Shown: one piece after another, positions 43,110 through 54,072 of the stretch | Position numbering within the stretch: the first letter of the stretch is position 1 | How the letters are laid out: each line of letters begins with the position of its first letter | Source: TPA_inf: Saccharomyces | Lineage: Eukaryota | Length of the DNA: 64,000 nt | Direction of reading: 5' to 3' | Assembly (NCBI GenBank): GCA_000146045.2 | Contig: BK006941.2 | Location: forward strand, 832,001-896,000 | Position numbers and translations under genes: made by a program | The notes under the pieces: generated by a model | What the model was told of the DNA's origin: nothing | Seen by the model: only the letters and a program-made list of their open reading frames with translations | The model's database searches: none

Positions 43110-43919
43110 TTCCTGGTCAGCGTTAACATTCAAACAATAGGAACCGTCAATAATCTTTCCATGATGAAAACTTTATACTCTATTCTAAAATCACGTATAT
43201 TGTGTATGTATATGAACAACGCTTTTTTTTCTTTATTTACTTCCTAGCGCGTATCGAAAGCGAAAACAATGAAAGACCAAAAAAACCGTGTCCGTTACAA
43301 GATGACCCCATGGACGTGAAGTCAAACGTTAAACACACTCCTAAAATAAAAACCAGCTATTGAGCATTAATTAGTAGAGAATTCATTAAGACATTACCTT
43401 GAACTATTTTAAAAGTTGGCACAAGTTATGGAGTCGGTAGAATAAAACTCAACTGTCATCAGATTCAATGGAAACTGAACCATGAGAATTGGGGGGATAA
43501 AAGGATTAATGAGAGGTGACGTATAAAATCAAGATAAGAAACCATTACATAAAACGTTCAATTGCCTTTCTACTTGCATGTTTTCAATACCTCAAAAGGA
43601 GAATGTTTTGATATATGTTATATATCATTATTGTCTTCGCTAAGAACGAAATCTAACAATTCTATTTTGTAATTTACCTATTCAGCATATAATTGTTACA
43701 GAATTGGATTTTTATGTTCCTTGAGATAGCTTTCGATATTTTCTTCGTACAGCGTCGATGTCTCTAGTTTTTATCCAACCGCACTTTATATTTTAACGTT
43801 TGATGGTTTTCTATCTTGGCAGCGTTAGAACTTGATGACAATTTATGGAACTTAGTTTCCTATTAGAAAGGGTAACTGTGGCATAAATGTAATAGAAGTT
43901 TTCTTCGAGAATTATAAAC

Positions 43920-44279
43920 TGTTAGAATAAGGACTACAACTATCATCTATTGTTGGAATGAAACTCTAAATTATCTTTTATTTAGTAGTATTCGTTTTAC
44001 TAATATATTATCATATACGGTGTTAGATGATGGCATAAGTTATGAGAAGCGGTCATTGAAGTTAGAGGAAGCTGAAATGCGAGGATTGATAATGTAATAA
44101 TGAAACATATAAAACGGAATGAGGAATAATCGTAATATTAGTATGTAGAAATATAGATTCCATTTTGAGGATTCCTAGATCCTCGAGGAGAACTTCTAGT
44201 ATATTCTGTATACCTAATATTATAGCCTTTATCAAACAATGGAATCCCAACAATTATCTCGAAATTCACCCATCTCTCA
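43920..44279 (+). mobile_element. Solo Ty1 LTR (delta element) about 115 bp upstream of tRNA-Lys(CUU)
   Basis: Runs from TGTTAGAATAAGGACTACAACTATCATCTA... to the terminal ...GGAATCCCAACAATTATCTCGAAATTCACCCATCTCTCA. The internal segment ..TATTATCATATACGGTGTTAGATGATGGCATAAGTTATGAGAAG..GAAGCTGAAATGCGAGGATTGATAATGTAATA..AACATATAAAACGGAATGAGGAATAATCGTAATATTAGTATGTAGAAATATAGATTCCATTTTGAGGATTCCTAGATCCTCGAGGAGAACTTCTAGTATAT.. matches the Ty1/Ty2 delta I recall. The 5' 30 bp appear partially duplicated (second TGTTGGAATG at 43951). Confidence 0.85.
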
Positions 44280-44393
44280 GAATTATTCACCCAAATCTCA
44301 GAAGACTAAAAAAGAAAGAAATGTGGATAATCGAGTCTATAGATTCTTAATTACATATTAAACCTGAGAGGTCAGATTTCCAATAATAGAATA
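44280..44393. repeat. Probable additional truncated LTR-end fragment between the delta element and the tRNA
   Basis: gaattattcacccaaatctcag echoes the delta 3' terminus (aattcacccatctctca); the remainder is not identified. Confidence 0.35.
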
Positions 44394-44466
44394 GCCTTGT
44401 TGGCGCAATCGGTAGCGCGTATGACTCTTAATCATAAGGTTAGGGGTTCGAGCCCCCTACAGGGCT
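44394..44466 (+). tRNA. tK(CUU): tRNA-Lys (anticodon CUU)
   Basis: GCCTTGTTGGCGCAATCGGTAGCGCGTATGACTCTTAATCATAAGGTTAGGGGTTCGAGCCCCCTACAGGGCT matches the yeast tRNA-Lys(CUU) I recall; followed by a TTTCTTTTTTTC terminator. Confidence 0.95.
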
Positions 44467-44668
44467 TTCTTTTTTTCTTTAAAACACGATGACATAAATT
44501 TCCTTTGTATGAACCGTACCCTTAATAATAAAAGGAAAAATCATGCTTTAGGTATAAGACTTTCTGTTGTATTAAAATTTAGTATTTATTTTTATTATGC
44601 TATTATTTTTTTCGGTCTCAAATGTTACTTAGTGATCTACGAATATTGTTCTAAAAGAAATTTTCCAC

Positions 44669-46192
44669 TTATAGCAAGGCTAGTAAAGCTACGAGTACGG
44701 AAAAAAGTTTTCCCTCTCTTGGTAAACTCTGAGCTAAATCAGCACCGTTAGAAATTTGAACAGAGTTTGTCGAGCTGGCTTCGGAGGAAGAACTTTGGAT
44801 TGTAGATGTGTATTTGCTTGATATCTGGGTAGTAGAACTGGTCACGTCATTACTTGATGTTGCGACACCACCCTTATCTTGTACAGGACTGTCCGATGAT
44901 ACGGAAGATTGTTGAGTAGTTGGGGCAACTGTAGACCTAGTGGTAGAGGAAACAGTGGCTGGGGTCTTAGTGGAGGAAATAATGGACTCACTTGTAGAAG
45001 AGGAAGCCACTGTTTTCTTGGATGAAGAGGAGGATTGCTTTTCGAATGAACTAATGGAACTAGATGTGGTGACTGATGAGGAAGCAAGTGTTTTAGATGA
45101 AGTAGCGGTCGAAGAAGATGGAGATGTGGATGAAGAGGAAGATACAGAAGACGAAGAAGATACAGTGGAAGAAACCGAGGAAGACACAGTGGAAGAAGCC
45201 GAGGAGGACACAGTGGAAGAAACCGAGGAAGATACAGTGGAAGACGCCGAGGAAGATACAGTAGAAGAGGATGTAGAGCTGCTGGAAATACTACCACCGT
45301 TGGCTAAAACTGCGAAATCTTCTTGGGCTTGGTCATACCTGCCGTAAATAGAACCACCGTCAGCTTCAATAGATTCCCAAGAACCAGATTGGTCACCATA
45401 TGTGTACTTTTTACCGGTAGAATAATCAGTTACAATGACCTTTTCAATGTACATAGTGAATGGAGCGTCATTGTAGTTGGTTTCACCACCAGCCCATTCA
45501 ATGGTACCAGCAGCATTGTCTGGGTCACCACCGGCCCAGATACCCATCATTAGGTACATAGGAGATTGTGGGTAACCCTCACTTGATGTGTTTGATAATA
45601 CTCTGACAGACTCTCCATCGAGGTACCAAGTCGTCTTGTCCATCGCCCAATCTAAAGTGTAGTTATGAAATTTGTCGGTAGGAGTGTCGACACCGTGAAA
45701 TTCGCCTCTGTCGTATGTTGTGGTATCACCTTTAGAAAAGAAGTTAGATTGGAACTGAGTGTTGTCACCACCCACCCATTCAATATCAATTTCATCCAAA
45801 TCATCACTTTGTAAATAGAATGATGAAACAATACCGGTACCATTGGCAGCTTTTAAGATAACTTCCAATTTACCATACATGATATAAAAGTTAGACTTCA
45901 AACTTGGATTATCGTATCTTTTCGCCAGTGTCATTGACAAACCGTCTGAACCGTACTTGATTTCACCTGCGTGCTTCAAGTCGGTAAACCATTTGGATGA
46001 AGATGAGAAATCTTCGCTAAAACTAGTTGCCAAAGCTGTATCCGGCGTACAACCTGTAGTTTTTAACGGGTTACACGAAGCAGTGCTAGAAGCTGCAGTT
46101 GTACTGTCTGCAGTAGCAGTACTTTCGGCAGCCGCGAATGTAGATAATAATGAAGAGGCACTGAGTACCGTTAGTAGGTCAAGCACTTTCAT
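44669..46192 (-). CDS. CRH1: GPI-anchored cell-wall chitin-glucan transglycosylase, GH16 family
   Basis: 507-aa ORF with signal peptide, GH16 catalytic motif (EIDIEW), a long Ser/Thr-rich stalk with SSTVSSSA/V repeats and a hydrophobic GPI-signal C-terminus. Confidence 0.93.
   Translation of the reverse strand: MKVLDLLTVLSASSLLSTFAAAESTATADSTTAASSTASCNPLKTTGCTPDTALATSFSEDFSSSSKWFTDLKHAGEIKYGSDGLSMTLAKRYDNPSLKSNFYIMYGKLEVILKAANGTGIVSSFYLQSDDLDEIDIEWVGGDNTQFQSNFFSKGDTTTYDRGEFHGVDTPTDKFHNYTLDWAMDKTTWYLDGESVRVLSNTSSEGYPQSPMYLMMGIWAGGDPDNAAGTIEWAGGETNYNDAPFTMYIEKVIVTDYSTGKKYTYGDQSGSWESIEADGGSIYGRYDQAQEDFAVLANGGSISSSSTSSSTVSSSASSTVSSSVSSTVSSSASSTVSSSVSSTVSSSSSVSSSSSTSPSSSTATSSKTLASSSVTTSSSISSFEKQSSSSSKKTVASSSTSESIISSTKTPATVSSTTRSTVAPTTQQSSVSSDSPVQDKGGVATSSNDVTSSTTQISSKYTSTIQSSSSEASSTNSVQISNGADLAQSLPREGKLFSVLVALLALL
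45139..45275. repeat. In-frame 24-bp coding minisatellite (about 5 units) within the CRH1 Ser/Thr stalk
   Basis: + strand units gaagatacagtggaagaaaccgag / gaagacacagtggaagaagccgag / gaggacacagtggaagaaaccgag / gaagatacagtggaagacgccgag at 45156-45251 plus partial flanking units; encodes (SSTVSSSA/V)n on the minus strand. Confidence 0.9.
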
Positions 46193-46495
46193 GGTTTTTT
46201 GCTGTATTGAATTATTATGAATATTATATTATCTTAACCTTTCTCTTGCTATTTAGTAGAAATGTAGAATATGGAGAGGAGTAGGCAATTATTGAAAGTT
46301 CCAAAAGTGTTTCACCTTTTGTTCTTTTTCATGTTACTAACCAGCAAGTATTTATATAACATCCATTGTTGCATGAGGGAAACCAGTAACCATACGCTCT
46401 AATTATATCACATTCCCGATTCGGAAACATTGCTTCTTGATCGAGCGAAAAGAAACTGCCCTTGCAATTAATAATGTCATTTTCGTATCCCATAC

Positions 46496-46611
46496 CACGA
46501 AAAGCAAGCCCTCAGAGGTTCTAATGCATTATAGCTCAGATCTATTTTTACTTTCCTGGAAAACGCCATCGAAATAGTCGCCAAAAAAATCGATGGGCTG
46601 GGAAAACGCGT
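46496..46611. promoter_or_regulatory. Cell-cycle box candidates in the CRH1 upstream region: SCB CACGAAA (46496-46502) and MCB ACGCGT (46606-46611)
   Basis: Exact hexamer/heptamer matches 300-420 bp upstream of the CRH1 ATG. Short motifs, so chance occurrence is possible. Confidence 0.35.
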
Positions 46612-46709
46612 CATCAATTCAACCGAATAAGGAAAACTAAGCCACTTCACGCGGTTCGCGATATTTGTCCAGCCTCTTTTTCCGAAAAAAAAAAAATTAA
46701 ATAATAAAA

Positions 46710-46815
46710 TGAAACGGACAGGAATTGAACCTGCAACCCTTCGATTGCAATCTTATTCCGTGGAATTTCCAAGATTTAATTGGAGTCGAAAGCTCTACCA
46801 TTGAGCCACCGCTTC
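46710..46815 (-). tRNA. tW(CCA): tRNA-Trp (anticodon CCA) with 34-nt intron
   Basis: Reverse complement GAAGCGGTGGCTCAATGGTAGAGCTTTCGACTCCAAATTAAATCTTGGAAATTCCACGGAATAAGATTGCAATCGAAGGGTTGCAGGTTCAATTCCTGTCCGTTTCA matches the exons of the tRNA-Trp I recall. A T-run terminator follows on the transcribed strand (A-run on + at 46686-46697). Confidence 0.93.
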
Positions 46816-47039
46816 ATCTTGAAATATCGAAGATATAACATTTTACTTGTCTGCCGAAATTCTGTGTTTGCTATAATGTTTGAATTAGAATCTCTTAAAA
46901 TAGCTACTCATACTTCTTCATAACTAATCCATTAGTGACCATATGAAGTAATCGGACGCCACACATCATTGATGTTTCACGATGGAGAATGATAACACAC
47001 TAAGTGGCATTGTGGGCAAAGTAAGTTAAACACCTATTG

Positions 47040-47545
47040 CTCAAATGATCAACTTGGTGTTTGCACATATACGGATGTAAGTCATGACATTGAAATCATA
47101 ATATGCTTTCATGATAATCATATGAGCATGTTTAATATTACTAATAAGGCTGTATTCTATACTTCTCTTATATAGAATAAGAAGATCTGCATTTATTCTT
47201 GATTGACACTACAGTTCAACAATTAATTACCAACAGAATTAATTACTACCTATCGTTCACAAGCTACTACGTTATCATACACAATGTAAAAATATGACAC
47301 AAAAATGGAAAACCGTCATCAGATTTAATGGGGCTGAAACACAAGAATTCATAATGTGATAGAATAATGGGTGAAGTGTATAAAGAAGAATATATAATAT
47401 TACTGTGTAGAAATATCAATTTCCCTTTGTGAGTTCTCATAACCTCGAGGAGAAGTTTTTTTACCCCTCTCCACAGATCGATACTTATCATTAAGAAAAT
47501 GGGACACCAAGGTTACGGAAAAATCTACCCGGTCTACCTAATTAC
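47040..47545 (+). repeat. Cluster of degenerate Ty1/Ty2 LTR (delta) fragments upstream of tRNA-Trp
   Basis: Segments such as CATATACGGATGTAAGTCATGAC (about 47070), CGTTATCATACACAATG..ATGACACAAAAATGG..GTCATCAGATTTAATGGGGCTGAAACACAAGAATTCATAATGTGATAG (about 47270-47370) and ..AATATTACTGTGTAGAAATATCAATTTCCCTTTGTGAGTTCTCATAACCTCGAGGAGAAG..AAAATGGGACACCAAGGTTAC (about 47400-47520) are collinear with the delta consensus at roughly 70% identity. Boundaries are approximate. Confidence 0.55.
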
Positions 47546-48419
47546 TCTCTTGGCGCACTAGTTTTCCGAAAAAAACAGGTAAATTCTTCTTTAGATAAAG
47601 ATAAATATAAAACTTCACAGCCATTCACTCACACAAACTAGTCCCTTAGGGTGCGTATAATGATCTGTACATCTTATTTCTATATATCTTACCGTGTATT
47701 TTTTCTTTTCTCAATTCTTGTTCGCAAATAAAAAGATATTCGTGTTTGTGGAAGAACACTAGTTCCGTTTTGTATTCAACCTGGAAATTTACAATAGATC
47801 TTCATCATCGTATGTCTACCATGTTAATCTCCCGTTAAACTGTTTCACGTTATCAAGATTATGTCATCTATTCCTGGGCGAACATAATTCCTTACAAAAA
47901 CATTTGTCATTACACAAGTGTAAGGGGTAATGAAAAGTAATTTTGTTACAAGTACGCAAAATTCGTTTATTTCAAGAAACACTAAGGATCGTCATTTCCC
48001 TTTCTGACCGATGTTCCTTCTTTTTGCTATTTTTTTCCCGAGTCATCTCATCGTTTTGAGTTTTTCCTAGTCCATTAAATTGTCACCTTACTCTCGGAAA
48101 AAAGAAACGACAAATGCTCCTAGTGCCGTTTTTCGAAGCTTGAAAAAAAAAATTGCAAATTATTTAATTTTGCTGCTAAGGAGTTGAAGTAGGTGCATTC
48201 CGCCTTATTGATCACCCTGTTAGATTTGTTGCGATCGTTATAGTGCTAGTTTGTCCATTGTTGTGTCATAAAAGATAGCTTTGGGAGAAAATTCATCAAA
48301 ACAACATATCATCAGCGTTATTACAATTCATTGTCCTTCCCAAGTTTTTTTGACGTATAATATTATCGCTATCTGACTCATTAGTACACAAATACAGATA
48401 TACAACCTCAAAATCAAAA

Positions 48420-50231
48420 ATGCCTAGAAACCCATTGAAAAAGGAATATTGGGCAGATGTAGTTGACGGATTCAAGCCGGCTACTTCTCCAGCCTTCGAG
48501 AATGAAAAAGAATCTACTACATTTGTTACCGAACTAACTTCCAAAACCGATTCTGCATTTCCATTAAGTAGCAAGGATTCACCTGGCATAAACCAAACCA
48601 CAAACGATATTACCTCTTCAGATCGCTTCCGTCGTAATGAAGACACAGAGCAGGAAGACATCAACAACACCAACCTGAGTAAAGATCTATCCGTGAGACA
48701 TCTTTTAACTCTAGCTGTCGGGGGTGCAATAGGTACTGGTTTATATGTGAATACGGGTGCTGCTTTATCTACAGGTGGTCCGGCCAGTTTAGTTATTGAT
48801 TGGGTTATTATCAGTACATGTCTTTTTACTGTGATTAACTCTCTTGGTGAGCTGTCCGCTGCTTTTCCCGTTGTTGGTGGGTTCAATGTTTACAGTATGC
48901 GTTTTATTGAGCCTTCATTTGCATTCGCAGTGAACTTAAACTATTTAGCACAATGGCTAGTTCTTCTACCCTTGGAATTAGTGGCCGCATCTATTACTAT
49001 AAAATACTGGAATGATAAAATTAATTCCGACGCCTGGGTTGCTATCTTTTATGCCACCATTGCACTGGCTAATATGTTGGATGTTAAGTCATTTGGTGAG
49101 ACCGAATTTGTATTGTCCATGATTAAAATCCTCTCCATCATTGGCTTTACTATCTTAGGTATTGTTTTGTCCTGTGGTGGTGGGCCTCACGGCGGTTACA
49201 TTGGTGGTAAATACTGGCATGACCCAGGCGCTTTTGTAGGGCACAGCTCGGGAACTCAGTTTAAAGGTTTATGTTCAGTTTTTGTTACCGCTGCCTTTTC
49301 TTATTCCGGTATTGAAATGACTGCTGTCTCCGCTGCTGAAAGTAAAAATCCAAGAGAAACCATTCCCAAGGCAGCAAAGAGAACTTTTTGGCTGATTACC
49401 GCCTCTTATGTGACTATATTGACTTTGATTGGTTGCTTGGTTCCATCCAATGACCCTAGGTTACTAAACGGTTCAAGTTCAGTGGACGCTGCCTCATCTC
49501 CTCTGGTTATCGCAATTGAAAACGGGGGTATTAAAGGTCTACCATCATTAATGAACGCCATTATTTTGATTGCTGTTGTTTCCGTGGCTAACAGTGCTGT
49601 TTATGCATGTTCAAGGTGTATGGTCGCCATGGCTCATATTGGTAATTTACCAAAATTTTTGAACCGTGTTGACAAAAGGGGTAGACCAATGAATGCTATC
49701 TTGTTAACTTTGTTTTTTGGTTTGCTTTCCTTTGTGGCAGCAAGTGATAAGCAAGCTGAAGTCTTTACATGGTTGAGTGCCTTATCTGGTTTATCGACAA
49801 TTTTCTGCTGGATGGCCATTAATCTTTCCCATATTAGATTTCGCCAAGCCATGAAAGTTCAAGAAAGGTCTTTAGACGAATTACCCTTCATTTCTCAAAC
49901 TGGCGTCAAGGGATCCTGGTATGGTTTTATCGTTTTATTTCTGGTTCTTATAGCATCGTTTTGGACTTCTCTGTTCCCATTAGGCGGTTCAGGAGCCAGC
50001 GCAGAATCATTCTTTGAAGGATACTTATCCTTTCCAATTTTGATTGTCTGTTACGTTGGACATAAACTGTATACTAGAAATTGGACTTTGATGGTGAAAC
50101 TAGAAGATATGGATCTTGATACCGGCAGAAAACAAGTAGATTTGACTCTTCGTAGGGAAGAAATGAGGATTGAGCGAGAAACATTAGCAAAAAGATCCTT
50201 CGTAACAAGATTTTTACATTTCTGGTGTTGA
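48420..50231 (+). CDS. HIP1: High-affinity histidine permease (APC/YAT family amino-acid transporter)
   Basis: 603-aa 12-TM ORF with a hydrophilic N-terminus; matches Hip1 (YGR191W). Confidence 0.93.
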   Translation: MPRNPLKKEYWADVVDGFKPATSPAFENEKESTTFVTELTSKTDSAFPLSSKDSPGINQTTNDITSSDRFRRNEDTEQEDINNTNLSKDLSVRHLLTLAVGGAIGTGLYVNTGAALSTGGPASLVIDWVIISTCLFTVINSLGELSAAFPVVGGFNVYSMRFIEPSFAFAVNLNYLAQWLVLLPLELVAASITIKYWNDKINSDAWVAIFYATIALANMLDVKSFGETEFVLSMIKILSIIGFTILGIVLSCGGGPHGGYIGGKYWHDPGAFVGHSSGTQFKGLCSVFVTAAFSYSGIEMTAVSAAESKNPRETIPKAAKRTFWLITASYVTILTLIGCLVPSNDPRLLNGSSSVDAASSPLVIAIENGGIKGLPSLMNAIILIAVVSVANSAVYACSRCMVAMAHIGNLPKFLNRVDKRGRPMNAILLTLFFGLLSFVAASDKQAEVFTWLSALSGLSTIFCWMAINLSHIRFRQAMKVQERSLDELPFISQTGVKGSWYGFIVLFLVLIASFWTSLFPLGGSGASAESFFEGYLSFPILIVCYVGHKLYTRNWTLMVKLEDMDLDTGRKQVDLTLRREEMRIERETLAKRSFVTRFLHFWC

Positions 50232-50811
50232 AGGGAAAGATATGAGCTATACAGCGGAATTTCCATATCACTCAGATTTTGTTATCTAATTTTTTCCTTC
50301 CCACGTCCGCGGGAATCTGTGTATATTACTGCATCTAGATATATGTTATCTTATCTTGGCGCGTACATTTAATTTTCAACGTATTCTATAAGAAATTGCG
50401 GGAGTTTTTTTCATGTAGATGATACTGACTGCACGCAAATATAGGCATGATTTATAGGCATGATTTGATGGCTGTACCGATAGGAACGCTAAGAGTAACT
50501 TCAGAATCGTTATCCTGGCGGAAAAAATTCATTTGTAAACTTTAAAAAAAAAAGCCAATATCCCCAAAATTATTAAGAGCGCCTCCATTATTAACTAAAA
50601 TTTCACTCAGCATCCACAATGTATCAGGTATCTACTACAGATATTACATGTGGCGAAAAAGACAAGAACAATGCAATAGCGCATCAAGAAAAAACACAAA
50701 GCTTTCAATCAATGAATCGAAAATGTCATTAAAATAGTATATAAATTGAAACTAAGTCATAAAGCTATAAAAAGAAAATTTATTTAAATGCAAGATTTAA
50801 AGTAAATTCAC

Positions 50812-52400
<1,589 letters not shown>

Positions 52401-52508
52401 TTTTGACTAAATAAAGTTAGGAAAATCACTACTATTAATTATTTACGTATTCTTTGAAATGGCAGTATTGATAATGATAAACTCGAACTGAAAAAGCGTG
52501 TTTTTTAT

Positions 52509-53741
52509 TCAAAATGATTCTAACTCCCTTACGTAATCAAGGAATCTTTTTGCCTTGGCCTCCGCGTCATTAAACTTCTTGTTGTTGACGCTAACATTCA
52601 ACGCTAGTATATATTCGTTTTTTTCAGGTAAGTTCTTTTCAACGGGTCTTACTGATGAGGCAGTCGCGTCTGAACCTGTTAAGAGGTCAAATATGTCTTC
52701 TTGACCGTACGTGTCTTGCATGTTATTAGCTTTGGGAATTTGCATCAAGTCATAGGAAAATTTAAATCTTGGCTCTCTTGGGCTCAAGGTGACAAGGTCC
52801 TCGAAAATAGGGTCAAAGTATTTCGAATTTGTGTCCATTAGTGGTGTTCCGTGTGAGAACTGGTAAGCTTCTTTCATGAAAGAGTTCAATGATTCACTCA
52901 GTTTGTCAAACGGAATAGAGGCGGGAGCATGGAACACTAATTGCTCTTCAAATTCTACAGGAGTAATCTTTGGCTTGTCGGCAGCTTTTGTTTGAGCTTG
53001 CTCGGCTATTTTTGGTTTGAGCTGTATAGGTTTAATGTTCGATAAATCGAGACGTTCGTTCTTCTTGATAAATTCTGTTACCTTGTTAACCGAATCTTGT
53101 GGTATTTTCCCTAGGTATGCTAGCACATCACCCTTTAATAGTCTACCGTTGGAACCAGATGGCGCAATTTCCTTCAAAGCCTTTTGTTTGGATATATTGT
53201 TCTCAGCCAGTAGTAATGACACGGATGGTAATAGCGTCTGTTCAAGATTGGCTTGGCTGCCGTCAACGGTTTTTATTGGTGTAACTGTGGCTTTTTTTAA
53301 ATGTTGTTGTGTTGCTTCAGTACTATCTGCGGATGGCTTCTTAATTTCAATAGATTTCGCATTTGCGGTGTTGGCCTCTTGGGGTAACTTTATAGTAGCT
53401 AAATCATCATCAACATCAGCAATATAAGCAATAGGTTCACCAACATCAACATCTTTAGAGCCTTCATCTTTCAGGATCTTAGCTAGTTTACCATCGTCCA
53501 GTGCTTCCACATCAATTTGAGATTTATCTGTTTCCACTTCTAATATCACATCGCCCGCGCTGAATGGTTCGCCAACTTTATATTTCCAAGACACAATCCC
53601 CCCTTTCTCCATAGTAGGAGACATTGCAGGCATTGAAAATGTCTTTACAGCAAGTAATTTAGCTGATGCATGATAGTTGCATTTGGTTAAATATCTTGTA
53701 CATGATTTTAAAGTGGAGACTTTGGAAATTGCACTTAGCAT
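52509..53741 (-). CDS. PDX1: Pyruvate dehydrogenase complex protein X (E3-binding protein), mitochondrial
   Basis: 410-aa ORF with N-terminal mitochondrial presequence and lipoyl domain (lipoyl-Lys context VETDKSQIDVEA) plus Ala/Pro-rich linkers; matches Pdx1 (YGR193C). Confidence 0.92.
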   Translation of the reverse strand: MLSAISKVSTLKSCTRYLTKCNYHASAKLLAVKTFSMPAMSPTMEKGGIVSWKYKVGEPFSAGDVILEVETDKSQIDVEALDDGKLAKILKDEGSKDVDVGEPIAYIADVDDDLATIKLPQEANTANAKSIEIKKPSADSTEATQQHLKKATVTPIKTVDGSQANLEQTLLPSVSLLLAENNISKQKALKEIAPSGSNGRLLKGDVLAYLGKIPQDSVNKVTEFIKKNERLDLSNIKPIQLKPKIAEQAQTKAADKPKITPVEFEEQLVFHAPASIPFDKLSESLNSFMKEAYQFSHGTPLMDTNSKYFDPIFEDLVTLSPREPRFKFSYDLMQIPKANNMQDTYGQEDIFDLLTGSDATASSVRPVEKNLPEKNEYILALNVSVNNKKFNDAEAKAKRFLDYVRELESF

Positions 53742-54072
53742 TTTTGAATTTTTCCCTCGAGATGATTTAACAATAACCTAGCTCTTTCAATGCTCTCTTA
53801 TATTCTCACTGGAAAGCGCTAATTTGATTTGTCTCTCTCGTTGCTGGTCGCTCACCCTTTCATAAATTGTTTTTTACTCTTCATTTATTGATTTTACTTT
53901 TTGTCATTTTCCGAACGGGGAACAAAATGATGACTACTTGCTACAGTATACGAAACATACAAGGGCATTGTCATGTGCACGCATAATAACGGTGATATAT
54001 ATATATGTATGTATATTATGTGTCTGTGTTTGTGTGTACTTGTCAGGGCATGATAAATTATTCAAACATATT

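Noticed and set aside
45139-45275. Possibility that the short tandem repeats (CRH1 24-bp units; FYV8 30-bp units at 58930-58983) are CRISPR-like arrays
   Set aside because: They are in-frame, protein-coding, near-identical tandem units without unique spacers, in a eukaryotic nuclear context; these are minisatellites, not CRISPR.
44842-45347. 151-aa Pro/Leu-rich ORF (minus strand, other frame) and 135-aa acidic EEDTVEE-repeat ORF (+ strand) inside CRH1
   Set aside because: Alternative-frame readings of the 24-bp coding minisatellite and Ser-rich stalk of CRH1; the repeats stay open in several frames. No independent start context or conservation is expected.
48296-48886. 196-aa minus-strand ORF overlapping the HIP1 start (the YGR190C-type dubious ORF)
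   Set aside because: Overlaps the 5' coding region and promoter of HIP1 in antisense; no recognisable domain; I recall it as a dubious ORF at this position.
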